From IMG/VR virus record IMGVR_UViG_3300018080_000114: a DNA stretch of 64,000 nucleotides; one strand, 5' to 3'. This document shows positions 6,552 to 17,360 of the stretch, piece by piece. This DNA comes from a virus (Duplodnaviria > Heunggongvirae > Uroviricota > Caudoviricetes). A model generated the notes under the pieces. It made no database searches. It was not told the origin of the DNA and saw nothing but the letters and a program-made list of their open reading frames with translations. Made by a program: the position numbers and the translations under genes. Numbering within the stretch: position 1 is the first letter of the stretch; each line of letters begins with the position of its first letter.

Positions 6552-7348
6552 TGGATAAGCCGATGTTGGCGAACAAGTTCGAAGACAAGAAGGCTACGTT
6601 CCCCTGTTATGTTCAGCCGAAGCTGGATGGGGTGCGGTGCTTGTTTGATGGGACACTGGCGTGGACACGAAATCTGAAAGAACACAAGCCCCATATAACA
6701 CGCATGCTTCAGGAGCGGTATCCTCTAATGCAGTGGCCTAGGGGGCTGGTGCTGGATGGTGAGTTGATGCTTCCGAATGCCACATTTCAGGAAACAGTGT
6801 CAGCGGTCAAGAAGAAGTATGAGATCTCTGCCACGTTGCAGTACCACGTGTATGACTGTTGGATGAAGGACCTTCCGGATCTCCCGTTCCACAAGAGGAT
6901 ACAAATTGTGAGAGAGGTGGTGAGAGATTATTGGGTGGTCACTCCCAAGCTGTATTTGGTGGAAGAGGTGTGGAATCAATTAGATGAGTGGATCGACCAA
7001 GGATACGAGGGCCTGATCTATCGGAACCCAAATGGTATCTACAAGCATGGGCGCAGTGGTCGTGACTTGCTCAAGCTGAAGAAGTTCCATGATGCGGAGT
7101 ATCAGATCGTGGGTGCGATTGAGGGCAAGGGCAAAGACATAGGAACACCGATCTGGGTGTGCCGTGTGTCGGCTACGGATGAGAGAACGTTCAAGGCCCG
7201 TCCGATGGGAACTTACGAGTGGCGCAGAGAAGCGTGGAAGAATCGTGTGTCTTACTATGGCAAGATGCTCACAGTGAAGTACCAGGAACTGACTGATGAA
7301 GGGATTCCGAGATTTCCAATTGGTGTGGAGGTTCGGGACTATGAGTAA
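6551..7348 (+). CDS. Minimal ATP-dependent DNA ligase
   Basis: Motif I QPKLDGVR, III LDGEL, IIIa YHVYD, IV GYEGLIYR, V LLKLK, C-terminal OB fold ending in RFP. Confidence 0.92.
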   Translation: MDKPMLANKFEDKKATFPCYVQPKLDGVRCLFDGTLAWTRNLKEHKPHITRMLQERYPLMQWPRGLVLDGELMLPNATFQETVSAVKKKYEISATLQYHVYDCWMKDLPDLPFHKRIQIVREVVRDYWVVTPKLYLVEEVWNQLDEWIDQGYEGLIYRNPNGIYKHGRSGRDLLKLKKFHDAEYQIVGAIEGKGKDIGTPIWVCRVSATDERTFKARPMGTYEWRREAWKNRVSYYGKMLTVKYQELTDEGIPRFPIGVEVRDYE

Positions 7349-7494
7349 GAAGAAAGAGGTCTGTTGGTTGTGTGGTGGGAAGGAGCCCAACGAGACTATC
7401 AAGGTCGGGTGTGAGACTCCTGGTGGTAAGCCATGCAAGACCAAAGAGGTCCAAGTCCATTTTGGGTGCCTGATGGATATGGACTATTGAAATA

Positions 7495-7567
7495 GGGATC
7501 GTAACTCAACGGATAGAGTACCGGCCTTCTAAGCCGTAAGTTGAAGGTTCGAATCCTTCCGGTCCCG
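7495..7567 (+). tRNA. trnR: tRNA-Arg(TCT)
   Basis: Loop CT-TCT-AA. Confidence 0.9.
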
Positions 7568-7588
7568 TTCAAATTTTCCGGAAAGAAT

Positions 7589-7616
7589 TTGCACATTTCC
7601 AAATATGTCGTATACT
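7589..7616 (+). promoter_or_regulatory. Sigma70-like promoter
   Basis: TTGCAC-N16-TATACT. Confidence 0.7.
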
Positions 7617-7656
7617 ATAGGTGTAGGCACATATTGTTCAATTTGAGGAGAAACAC

Positions 7657-8064
7657 ATGACAGCACAGAAGAGAAATGCCAAAGTGAGAGCCATTGAGGC
7701 AAAGCTGGCAGCTCTGAGTGAGCTGAAGGAAGCCCAGGCTCTGGTACAGGACAAGCAGCGAAAGTTGATTGCCAAGCTGCTGGCCGAGAATCCGAAGGCC
7801 CAGAAGAAGTATGACATTCTCCAGGTTCAGATCGAGTCCAATGCCGAGATGATCGAAGATGCGACTGTGGACGTCAAGGACGCTGTGCTCGTGTTGGGTG
7901 AGACCGTCAAGGGTGAAAGGCTTCAGGCTGTTTGGTCCAAAGGCAAGACGTCGTGGAACACAGATCAGTTGCTTGGTTTCGCCAAGGTCCACAAAAAGAT
8001 CCTTGAGATGAGGGATTTAGGTGATCCGAGTATCTCAATTCGAAAGGTCAAGAGCAATGACTAA
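7657..8064 (+). CDS. Hypothetical coiled-coil protein
   Basis: RBS GAGGAG; helical N-terminus; directly downstream of a promoter. Confidence 0.7.
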   Translation: MTAQKRNAKVRAIEAKLAALSELKEAQALVQDKQRKLIAKLLAENPKAQKKYDILQVQIESNAEMIEDATVDVKDAVLVLGETVKGERLQAVWSKGKTSWNTDQLLGFAKVHKKILEMRDLGDPSISIRKVKSND

Positions 8065-8748
8065 ATCCGGGCAGCTCATGAGGTGTGGTTGTGCGGCGCA
8101 TGCCATGAAGGGTGATAAGTGGGGTTGCGGCATTCACAATTGCTGGGAGCCCATGGAAGAGGTGCCTGATCTGTCTGGACGCATGGCAATCTGCACCTAC
8201 TGCCGGAAAGAGGCTCCGTCTGATCCTGAGAAGTTGCCCTTCTTCGAGCTGGTAGGTGACCGTGACAAGGATCGATATTACTGTGGCTGTCGAGGATGGG
8301 ACTGATGAAGCGAATGTCTCCTGGGCAACGAGGTAGCGTACTGAATTCCCTCCTGGAGAAGCTTGAGCATGATTGGCTGTGTCGATATGGCCAGTGGAAC
8401 CGTGACAAGCTTCTCCAGGAGCTGGAGAAGAAACTGAGAGCAAAGAGGATGGGCAAGAATGGCTAAACGCAAGAAGAAAGAGGCGTCTCCGTTTGACAAG
8501 GCCCGTCACATTCTGAAGGTGGTGGGCAAGGCTATCGATGCAGCGGAGGAGGCGACGGCGAAGGGCAAGAAGCACGAGCATATCAATGCAGCCATCGTCG
8601 GCACTGAAACGCTGTGGCAAGAGCTACGATTCCGAGGTCGAGAAGGGTGAGACAATGTTAAGGTTCCTGGAAGGGGTGTTGTGCGGGATTCTCCTGGCCT
8701 ATATTGGTTGGGGGCCGGTGAGTTCTGCGATTGAAACTGGAATTTCAT

Positions 8749-8776
8749 TTGCACGTGGGCTTTTCTGAGGTATACT
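8749..8776 (+). promoter_or_regulatory. Sigma70-like promoter
   Basis: TTGCAC-N16-TATACT followed by TTAGG. Confidence 0.7.
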
Positions 8777-9060
8777 TTAGGTATGGATGAGAAGCAAGTG
8801 ATAGATCTGATGATGACACGTGATTACTTCCTGTATGCAAGACAGGTGGAGGGGGTGAACACGAGGCTGATCTTCACTCATGCCGATCATCCATTGTTGA
8901 CAGCACGAGTAAAGTGGACTCAGAGTGGACATGTGGATGTGCGCTTGCGGGCGCTGGTCGGCGTCATTGTGATACAGACGCTGTGGTTCAGCATCGATCA
9001 TCCGAAGTTCCGCGAGCTGTTCGAAGCGAAAATGGAACGAGCACTGAGGGCGATGGGATC

Positions 9061-9375
9061 ATGGGACTGAGAAAGTTACTGATCGATGATCTTCGTGACT
9101 TGAAGGGTGTGGATGCCATAGCACGAACTGCTGAGATGGCGAAATGTATCCTGAATGGTCCTCACCACTTCGACCTTGTCTACATGGATCATGATTTGGG
9201 TCCAGGTGAGAGTGGGATGGACCTGTTGCGGTGGATGTTTGACCGATTCATCTATCCATCGGCGTTCATACTGGTGACAAACAATCCGGCTGGTCTGCGG
9301 AATATGCGTGCCGAGTTACGTGCTCGCAACTATGTCTGTGTTTGCGGTGTGTGGAGACAGAGACGTGAGAATTAA
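9061..9375 (+). CDS. Cyclic-phosphate processing receiver domain protein
   Basis: Receiver-like fold with L.IDDLR, DHDLG..ESGMD and a T-N-N-P-A-G motif, typical of the RNA-repair-associated receiver family. Confidence 0.75.
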   Translation: MGLRKLLIDDLRDLKGVDAIARTAEMAKCILNGPHHFDLVYMDHDLGPGESGMDLLRWMFDRFIYPSAFILVTNNPAGLRNMRAELRARNYVCVCGVWRQRREN

Positions 9376-9841
9376 AGATCACAACATGGTGAAGGTGGTC
9401 AATAGGGTGCTCCTGAAATACCAGCTTCAGACTCTGTATTCGGATGAGGCCGAGGTGCTGGTTTTGCACTTCATGGAGCGGTATCCGGAGCTGGAACAAG
9501 AGATGGTGTTGCCGTATCGGGACGCATTCCGATTCACGCCAGCTACATTCTACAAGCAGCTGCTGCTGACGGCAACCACCATGCTTGAGGAGTTGTTGGA
9601 CTTGCTGTTCACCATGCGAGGGATCGAGAGCATCTACTGTGTGAAAGGGAGAAACTACCATGAGAACCGAGAAGGAGATCCAGAAGACGTTGCGTGACTT
9701 GTACATCAAGTCCGTTGCATTGAAGAAGAAGATTCGTGCGAAAGATGGTGAGTTGAAAACCAACATGTCTGCCTTGCGTAGGGTAGAGACGTCAATCGAG
9801 TTGCTCAGGTGGGTTCTGGGCGTCAATTGAGAGGAGAGAGC

Positions 9842-10081
9842 ATGAAGAAGTTGGTGTTTTTGTTGTTCCTGTGGCTCGTGACCTTTGGGGTCATTGGGCT
9901 CATCCAAGGCTCCGCAGGTGAGCAGGTCTCTAGAGAGATCGCGGTGCAGCAGGTCGAAGATTCTGAAGTGCCGTACCATGCTACCCGGAACCTGGAGCTG
10001 TTGAAGTTGGTGGCGTGCGTCGGTGTGGCGTTGCCTGCTACAGGCGTGACTGTGTTGGTCGCAGGCAAGTCGAAGAAATAG
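9842..10081 (+). CDS. Small two-helix membrane protein
   Basis: Two hydrophobic segments; directly upstream of the SPFH gene. Confidence 0.6.
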   Translation: MKKLVFLLFLWLVTFGVIGLIQGSAGEQVSREIAVQQVEDSEVPYHATRNLELLKLVACVGVALPATGVTVLVAGKSKK

Positions 10082-10141
10082 GTGATGCGGCTGTGTGGTC
10101 GTGTCAAAGACAAACTGTGTGCATTTGGAAAGGGTAAGAAC

Positions 10142-11164
10142 ATGAAGAGAAGCATTCTGTTGGTGCTGGCACTGGTGATGCTGGCGACGTGTGGGGTCGG
10201 ATGTATCAAGAAGGTGCGCGTTGATCCGATCAAGGAAATCAAGAACAACGAGACGGCGTTCGTCGTGCCCCTGGAAGGTGCGAACAAGACTGGGCAGGCT
10301 CAGTTTGGTTCCATCGAGTATCTGGAGCAGGCCAAGGTCGCCACTAAGCGGATCACGATTCCCCAGCGTTGGCGCAAGACTGGGCGCTTCGGATGGCAGG
10401 GTGAGTGGATTCCCACGATGAAGGTCATCACCGTGGACCGTACTCCTGTTACTCGCCAGTGGACTCCAGATGAGAATACCGGAACCACACAGAACAACGA
10501 ATCCATCCAGGTCGAGTCGGCTGACTCCGTAGGCTTCAGCGTTGGGTTCGGTTGTACTGCAATGGTCGAGGAGTCCAATACGGCAACGTTCCTCTACTAC
10601 TATCCGTCTGGTTCGCTGGCTCGCGTCATGGACACTGAGATCCGTGAACGTATTCAGAAGGTCGCGGCAATCGAATGTGCCAAGGACGAACTGGATACCT
10701 TGCGTGACAAGAAGAACACCATCCAGAAGGCCGTTGAGGACGACGTCGTATCGTTCTACGCGAAGGTCGGTGTGACGATTCGTACCGTGTCGATGTTTGG
10801 TGGCTTCCTATATGAGAACGAGGAAATCCAGAAGGCCATCGATGACGTCTTCATTGCCCAGCAGGAAAAGACCGTCGCCAAGGCGTTGCTTGATGCTCAG
10901 GCCGACAAGAACCTGCGACTGGAGCAAGAGGGTGCGGGTGAGGCCAAGAAGGCGATCAAGATTGCTGAGGGTGAAGCCCAGGCGCTGCGTCTGGTCAATG
11001 ATGCTGCGAAAGAGGCGAATGAGAATCCGTTCTTCCTGGAGCTGAAGAAGCTGGAAGTCGAGCTGAAGCGGCTGGACGTGTGGGACGGCAAGTATCCGCA
11101 GTGGTACATGGGTGGAGCTGGTGAGGCTCCGAGTGTGCTCGTGACTCCTCCTGCGGCTAACTAA
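10142..11164 (+). CDS. SPFH/Band-7 domain lipoprotein
   Basis: Signal peptide with lipobox-like GVGC; SPFH-like core (V.S.D.V.F...); AKAxxAEAEG-type coiled-coil; WDGKYP C-terminal motif. Confidence 0.8.
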   Translation: MKRSILLVLALVMLATCGVGCIKKVRVDPIKEIKNNETAFVVPLEGANKTGQAQFGSIEYLEQAKVATKRITIPQRWRKTGRFGWQGEWIPTMKVITVDRTPVTRQWTPDENTGTTQNNESIQVESADSVGFSVGFGCTAMVEESNTATFLYYYPSGSLARVMDTEIRERIQKVAAIECAKDELDTLRDKKNTIQKAVEDDVVSFYAKVGVTIRTVSMFGGFLYENEEIQKAIDDVFIAQQEKTVAKALLDAQADKNLRLEQEGAGEAKKAIKIAEGEAQALRLVNDAAKEANENPFFLELKKLEVELKRLDVWDGKYPQWYMGGAGEAPSVLVTPPAAN

Positions 11165-11182
11165 GAATTGGGTCCGTCGAGC

Positions 11183-11213
11183 GGTGGGTGGCCCGTTAGC
11201 TGGGTCACCCACC
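11183..11213 (+). other. Strong intergenic hairpin upstream of rtcB
   Basis: 12-bp stem GGTGGGTGGCCC/GGGTCACCCACC with no U-tract. Confidence 0.55.
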
Positions 11214-11226
11214 ATGTGTAAGGAGA

Positions 11227-12429
11227 ATGACCATGAGAGTTGAAGCACACAAGAACATGTTGCCAATCAAGATGTGGTCCGAGGACATTGAGCCTCAGGC
11301 TATGTTGCAGTTGTACAACCTGGCGCAGCTACCATTCGCGTACAAGTGGATTGCAGCTATGCCTGATTGTCACTGTGGGTACGGTATGCCCATTGGTGGT
11401 GTCATGGCGACTTTGGGTGTGGTTATCCCGAATGCCGTTGGTGTGGACATTGGCTGTGGCATGTGTGCGGTCAAGACTTCTCTCTTGGCGAAAGACTGGA
11501 ATCTTGGTGCATCGTTTTCTCAGAACCTGTGGAGACCTATCCTGGCTGAGATCCGACAGCGTATCCCGATGGGCCGGAACCATCACAGCTTCCAGGTAGA
11601 TATGCTGGACATGCCTCCGCTTTGGGGTAAGTTGACTAGCGGAACGGCGAAGTCTATTGTGGCTGAGCAGCATGAGGCAGCGCGGTTCCAGCTGGGGACG
11701 TTGGGTGGCGGTAACCACTTCATCGAGATCCAGAAGGGTGACGATGGTCACATCTGGATCATGCTTCACTCAGGATCTCGGAACGTTGGCTACAAGGTGG
11801 CGAAGTACTACAACGATCTGGCGAAGCAGTTGAATGAGAAGTGGAAGGCATCTGTGCCTCCGAACGTGCAGCTGGCATTCTTGCCTCTGGACTCTGATGA
11901 GGGCCAGAACTACCTGAGTGAAATGAAGTGGTGTGTGGATTTTGCTCTGAAGAACAGAATGTACATGATGTATGCGATCATGGACACGTTCCGTGGGAAC
12001 TTCGAGGGCATCGAGTTTGATGCACCGATCAATATAGCCCACAACTATGCGGCTATGGAGCACCATTTTGGGAAGAACGTCCTGGTTCACCGTAAGGGTG
12101 CGACTCGTGCTTACAAGGGCGAGATCGGGATCATCCCTGGATCTATGGGGACGAAGTCATACATCGTGGAAGGTTTGGGGAATCCGGAGAGCTTCTGTTC
12201 GTGCTCCCATGGGGCTGGGCGGTTGATGTCTCGATCAGCAGCGAAGGAGAAGCTGGACTTGGGTGAGGAGATCACCAAGCTGAAGGGCATTGTGCATGGA
12301 GTTCGGAACCGGGGAGACCTGGATGAGGCTCCTGGAGCGTACAAGCCTATTGACGTGGTCATGGAGAACCAGAAGGACCTTGTGAAGGCGATTGTGGAGT
12401 TAGAGCCCGTCGCAGTACTCAAGGGGTGA
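11227..12429 (+). CDS. rtcB: RtcB RNA ligase (3'-phosphate/5'-OH)
   Basis: MPDCH.GYGMPIGG, VGVDIGCGM, LGTLGGGNHFIE, HSGSR, HNYA, HRKGAT, PGSMG, SCSHGAGR, DEAPGAYK. Confidence 0.97.
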   Translation: MTMRVEAHKNMLPIKMWSEDIEPQAMLQLYNLAQLPFAYKWIAAMPDCHCGYGMPIGGVMATLGVVIPNAVGVDIGCGMCAVKTSLLAKDWNLGASFSQNLWRPILAEIRQRIPMGRNHHSFQVDMLDMPPLWGKLTSGTAKSIVAEQHEAARFQLGTLGGGNHFIEIQKGDDGHIWIMLHSGSRNVGYKVAKYYNDLAKQLNEKWKASVPPNVQLAFLPLDSDEGQNYLSEMKWCVDFALKNRMYMMYAIMDTFRGNFEGIEFDAPINIAHNYAAMEHHFGKNVLVHRKGATRAYKGEIGIIPGSMGTKSYIVEGLGNPESFCSCSHGAGRLMSRSAAKEKLDLGEEITKLKGIVHGVRNRGDLDEAPGAYKPIDVVMENQKDLVKAIVELEPVAVLKG

Positions 12430-12449
12430 GATCGTGGATTACAGAGGCT

Positions 12450-12481
12450 GCTAGGGGCCTTAAACGGGCTCCTAGCCTTTA
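12450..12481 (+). terminator. Probable intrinsic terminator after rtcB
   Basis: Stem GCTAGGGGCC/GGCTCCTAGC followed by a short CTTTA tail. Confidence 0.5.
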
Positions 12482-12495
12482 ACTGAGGAGAACAG

Positions 12496-14930
12496 ATGAT
12501 GGACAATAAAGAAATGGCGGCTTTGAAGTTGTGGAAGCATGTGATCACGTGTGTGACGATTCTCGTGCTGTCGTTCCTGCTCTTCTGGAATGCTCGGACG
12601 AAGCATTTTACAGAAAATGGGTACACCAGAGAGGTGTTGCTGGGGCATAACACTCCGCAATGGGTCCTCCCTGCGAAAGAAAAGTGTGACGAATGTGGGA
12701 GATCCAAATGAAGTACCAGATAGCAGACGAGCGCCGGTTGAGGATCATCGAGGAAGCTGGTGGTGACTTCATCGATGACTTTGTGGGCCTGAACAAGGTC
12801 TGCTTCTGCACACGTGAGTACCTGCGAAGGGTACTCAGGAATATCTTTGACAACCGGGCTCAGCACAATCCGTATCTGGCGATTCACTTGGATGAAGAGA
12901 ACCACATCTATGAGGGTGTGAAGGTGAATGGGTGGCAGACAGATCATACGCAGGAACCTCCGGTAGAGTTTGTGGAGGTGGAGATGGCAGGAATTTCGTC
13001 GTCACTACAATTTGCCGTGAACAATATTAGGAGCGTACTCGTATGTTGACCTATGCAGAAGCTGTTCAGGCGCTGAAAGACGGAAAGACTCTCGTGCTCC
13101 GTGGTCATCGGTGGCATGATTACTTCTCATACGATGGTGTGACCATCACGTGTGAGCATTGCATGGGTGGTCGTTCGATGAGCGATCCTCCGTCATACAC
13201 AGATCTGAATGCGTGGTGGGATCTGGAAGTGAAGAACTTCTTGCACGAGGCTACATTGACTGTTTTTGGAGACGAGTGATGCCGAATAGAGATTTGTGTG
13301 GGCATCGTTGTGATTGCAACCACATACTATGGCTTTGGTGCAAGTCCTCATGTTATGGGGCTGGGAAAGTCAAATGTAGTAGATGCGGCACATATGTTTC
13401 TACTGATGATGAATCTAGATGGGTGTGGGAGACGAGTGATGGCAGTGATTAAAGAGAAAAAGAAGTCGGTTCAGATCCTGTGTCAAGGCTGTAAGAGGCT
13501 GTGGTGGGTCAAGCGTGGCACACTATGTCATCGCTTGGAAGTGTGTGGCCAATGCTCCCAGAAAATTTCTGGTCGCGTGTTGGCAAAAATGAAAGAAGAC
13601 GGCGAACAAGACGTCTAACCTCTACGTAGAAGGAGAATGAGATGATAGTCAAGTTGAACGGTCAGACATTCCGAGTTCAGTTCATCAAGGAAGTGGAGCC
13701 GCGCCGTGGTGGGCGTACCACAATCACAACCATCTGCAAGGTCTACCTGTACAAGGGCGAAGAAGCCTGTGAGAAGGACGAGACAAAGACCCGTCCGATC
13801 TGGGAGCTGTTCAGTGCTGGTATGGCTCGGCAGAATCCGGTGGACAAATACAACCATTTGGTCGGAAAGCGTGTTGCACTTCAGCATGCTATGATCAAGG
13901 TCACGAGTCCTACGGATGTGGAAGACGCCTGCATGGAAGAGCTGTGCAATATCGCAGCTTACCCTGACACGTTGTACCACTTCGACCGTGTCGAGCGGAG
14001 CGTGTTCGCCCAGCGTCTGGAGAGGGAATTCGACCAGAGTGCCTAGGTGGCCTAGATATTGCATCTGTTGCGGTGTAGAGTGCAAAGAGTGTGGCACTAC
14101 CAGACTCATGTACGAATGCCCTAAATGCAAGGTCTACGGTGACACGAGTAGTGGACGTTTCGTATCCAAGAAGCAACTGAAAGAGGAGCAGAGAAATGGG
14201 TGAAGAACAACATCTGATCATCTATCGGTTCGAGGATGAGCCACGTCTCATGGTGCTGGATTTCACAGATGCGATGCAGTTCCTGTGTGAGAATGAGGAA
14301 CTGTTGAACTTCCTGACGGCTGAAGAGGCCAAGACACAGGATCTCGATCTGATGACATTTCCAGTGAACACAGCGGTCTACATGAAAGGGACGATTCAAT
14401 GACGGATGAGTCGAATATGCTTGAGTTCGATGACATTGTTCACTTCTTCGCGTTCATCGGGTTCGAAGGCAAGGCTCCTCCACTACCAACAGCGTTCATA
14501 AGAGGTATCAACGGCGAGTGTGGCCGTGACGTACAGGCGATCTGCGCTGCTACAGCGGACGATTACTTCCAGAAGTTTAAGCCTTGGTGCCAGGAGTCTA
14601 TCCACAAATACGGCGAAGGTGAGATGAGGTCTAGGTTCCTGAAGCTCCATGAGCAGGGCCTTCTGGACTATCAGTATGAGGATCGGCCTAACGGAATGAC
14701 CGCTATGATCCTGGTGGTCTGGACTGGGGAGAAGTACGAAGATTACAGGGCTATCTCGGACCTGATAGATGAGCCCTTTGTCATTGGAGGAGAAGAATGA
14801 GTCATGAGTTGACGAAATGCAAGGACTCAAGCAAGCTGCGATGCACGAAATGCAATCGTGTTTGGGACACGATGGATGTGGATCTGGCTGCAACTGAGGA
14901 CTGCCCGAAGGGAGATGGGAATGAGCGGTA
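12496..14930 (+). other. Cluster of about 9 small hypothetical genes, several with zinc ribbons
   Basis: Tightly packed + strand ORFs with overlapping stop/start codons (e.g. 12496-12711, 13043-13279, 13642-14046, 14196-14402, 14399-14800). Confidence 0.65.
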
Positions 14931-15949
14931 GTGGAGCTTTGTACTACATTATCCCAGCCAGCGTCATGCATGATGCGGAACTGGAATGGTCCCACAAGTG
15001 CATCTACGGAGTGATTGCCGGATTGGCGAAGCGTGAAGGGTACAGTTGGGCAACAAATGGCTACCTAGCCAAGTTGACTGGAGTCAGTGAGCGCCAGATC
15101 CAACGCATAGTGCAGTCACTGGACAAATCCGGGCACATCCGGGTAGAACTGGACGAAAAACGAGACCGAAAGATCTACTTGGGTACGACACAGATGACGT
15201 GCCGGGGTACGACACAGGTGTCAGGGGGGTACGACACAGATGTCGTACCATATAAAGAGGAAGAACAGGTAAAAGAAACAGGTAAAGTTGAAGAGGGGAC
15301 GACGACCACGAAATCAGAGGACCGGGTAGAGACTGACGGATACATTCTAGCGAGTGCTCTACTGGGCTTCATCCGGAGGAACAAGAAGTTCTACAGTAGG
15401 ATCGCACGGTTCTTTTCTCCAGAAAAAGAGGAGGATTCACTACGTAGGTGGGCAAAGGATTTCGATTTGCTACTTACGCGAGATGCCGTTCCATATGATG
15501 AGGCTGTGAAGGTCTTGAAATGGTGCCAGAAGGACGAGTTCTGGCAGGGCCAGATACTGTCTGGTGGGAACTTCCGGAAGCACTTCGATTCGTTGAAGCA
15601 TGCGATGAATGGAGGCTCCACAGGAGCCTGTGGGTTGCCGGATGAGAATCCAGAAATCACGAAGAAGATCATTGAGGCGTATGGGTGGCTGATCAACAAT
15701 TCGAAATGGAAGCCTGCACGCTATCAGGTCCCGAAGTTTATCGAGGCAGCAGAGCGCGTAGTAGCGTTCATCGATATCCACAACGATAGAGGCTTGAGCG
15801 CTGATGAACTGATCGGCTACCTGAAGAATTGTCTCCAGGAGCACTACCGAGAGAAGGGTGACATGGTTCATCCAGGAAATATGAACAGCGGATATACGTG
15901 GGATGTGTTGTTGCCACAATATCTAGAAAATGTGATAGGAGCGCTGTGA
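14921..15949 (+). CDS. Phage replication initiator/organiser-like protein with N-terminal HTH
   Basis: YGVIAGLAKREGYSWATNGYLAKLTGVSERQIQRIVQSLDKSGHI (HTH_36-like); C-terminal W...D.FW...ILS...FRKHFD segment seen in replication proteins. Confidence 0.7.
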   Translation: MSGSGALYYIIPASVMHDAELEWSHKCIYGVIAGLAKREGYSWATNGYLAKLTGVSERQIQRIVQSLDKSGHIRVELDEKRDRKIYLGTTQMTCRGTTQVSGGYDTDVVPYKEEEQVKETGKVEEGTTTTKSEDRVETDGYILASALLGFIRRNKKFYSRIARFFSPEKEEDSLRRWAKDFDLLLTRDAVPYDEAVKVLKWCQKDEFWQGQILSGGNFRKHFDSLKHAMNGGSTGACGLPDENPEITKKIIEAYGWLINNSKWKPARYQVPKFIEAAERVVAFIDIHNDRGLSADELIGYLKNCLQEHYREKGDMVHPGNMNSGYTWDVLLPQYLENVIGAL

Positions 15950-16547
15950 TGGAAATGGGAGAGTTCGAGTTTCTCATGATGAAGATGGGTGATCGGAAGA
16001 TCATCTACAAGCCAGAGAAAGGACTGACAATGCCAATGACTGACGTGGTTCGGATTCCTGGCGGGTTCCTATTCAGGAGCTGGAGAGATTGCTACGCTTC
16101 CGGAGCAGTGGCGACAAGTTTTGTGCCGGTTGGGCTTTTGAGAGGAGGATCGGTGTGATGGAAAAAGAAGAGCTGCTGAATGCCACGTGGGCATTAAATA
16201 GAAAACGCATTGGTGACATGGACCGTGATGAGTTGATTGACGTCCTGTTGTGGCACGCGAATGCGTACACAAATCTCCTGGACCGTCGCCAGCGGGAGGT
16301 GAGACGATGACGATGGGACAAGCATTGAGTGATCCGATCTTTGGGCCGAGCATGGTTCTCATGGGACTATCCGTGGTGGCTATTGTGATCGGTCTGATTG
16401 CAGGTGGGAGGCAGCAGAAGAGTTCGAAGTTTCAGGACTGGCTGACATATGGAGCGTTGATCGGGATGATCGTCAGTCTGGTTGGAATGATGACGGGAGC
16501 GCTGGTGAGCATCTGCACGATTTTGAGCCAGATGCAGACTATCTAGC

Positions 16548-16574
16548 GAACATTCATGCATGTGGAGCGTAGGA
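16548..16574 (+). promoter_or_regulatory. Putative phage-sigma promoter (GAACA-N16-GTA)
   Basis: GAACATTC-N13-GTAGGA in an intergenic gap; a weaker match than the other three copies. Confidence 0.35.
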
Positions 16575-16620
16575 GGTATATGAGATGAGCATTGGTGAAT
16601 TCCTTTATTGGGGACGCAAC

Positions 16621-17016
16621 ATGAGTATCAACGAGCTAGTGGGCAAGACCCTGACAAGTATTGTGAGAGACGAGAATGAGGAGTCGTTGACCTTCCATAC
16701 GACGGACGGTGAGCGGTTCCTGATGTTCCACATACAGGACTGTTGTGAGTCTGTTCGTATCGAGGACATCTGTGGTGATCTGGAGGATCTGATTGGATCT
16801 CCGATCCTGACGGCACGTGAGAATGTCAGTTCTAACGAAGATCCGGAGGGTGAGGATGAGCGTGAAGAGGACTGGCGTGAGAGCTTCACGTGGACGTTCT
16901 ACGATCTGGCTACAGCGAAGGGTGCGGTGACGATCCGATGGTATGGTGAGTCGAACGGCTACTATTCGGAGAGAGTCACATTCACGAAGATGGAAGATGA
17001 GGGAGAAGATAATTGA
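16621..17016 (+). CDS. Conserved hypothetical phage protein
   Basis: H.QDCCE.V.I.DI.GDL.DLIG.PI...W.G.SNGYYSE pattern. Confidence 0.75.
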   Translation: MSINELVGKTLTSIVRDENEESLTFHTTDGERFLMFHIQDCCESVRIEDICGDLEDLIGSPILTARENVSSNEDPEGEDEREEDWRESFTWTFYDLATAKGAVTIRWYGESNGYYSERVTFTKMEDEGEDN

Positions 17017-17360
17017 GACGCATACCGAAGGCTTGGATCGAGCCCTACTATGTTCAGATCGAGGGGCAGGAGAAGGAGCCGTGGGTGGGCTCGTGCAGTG
17101 CCTGTAGATGCAAGTTCTACGGGCAGCATGCTAGGGACATGCACATGCAGTCTCCCAAGCATCAGGCCATGGTGCGTCGGTGGATTCAGGCTTGTCGGAT
17201 GACACACCTGGACGTTCCACCAGTGATCAATTTCAAAGCGTAGGAGACGGAATGGATAACTACGAGCCGAGTAATAAGGTGTTGGCAATTTGGTTTGGCA
17301 CATTTTTTGCGATCTTTGCAGCTGCGGTAGTCTTTATACTGTGCGTCTAGGAGAAGAGGG

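Noticed and set aside
17307-17340. Sigma70-like promoter before the DnaB-like gene
   Set aside because: TATACT is present, but the nearest TTGCAG and TTGCGA give 13- or 22-bp spacers, unlike the invariant 16 bp of the other copies.
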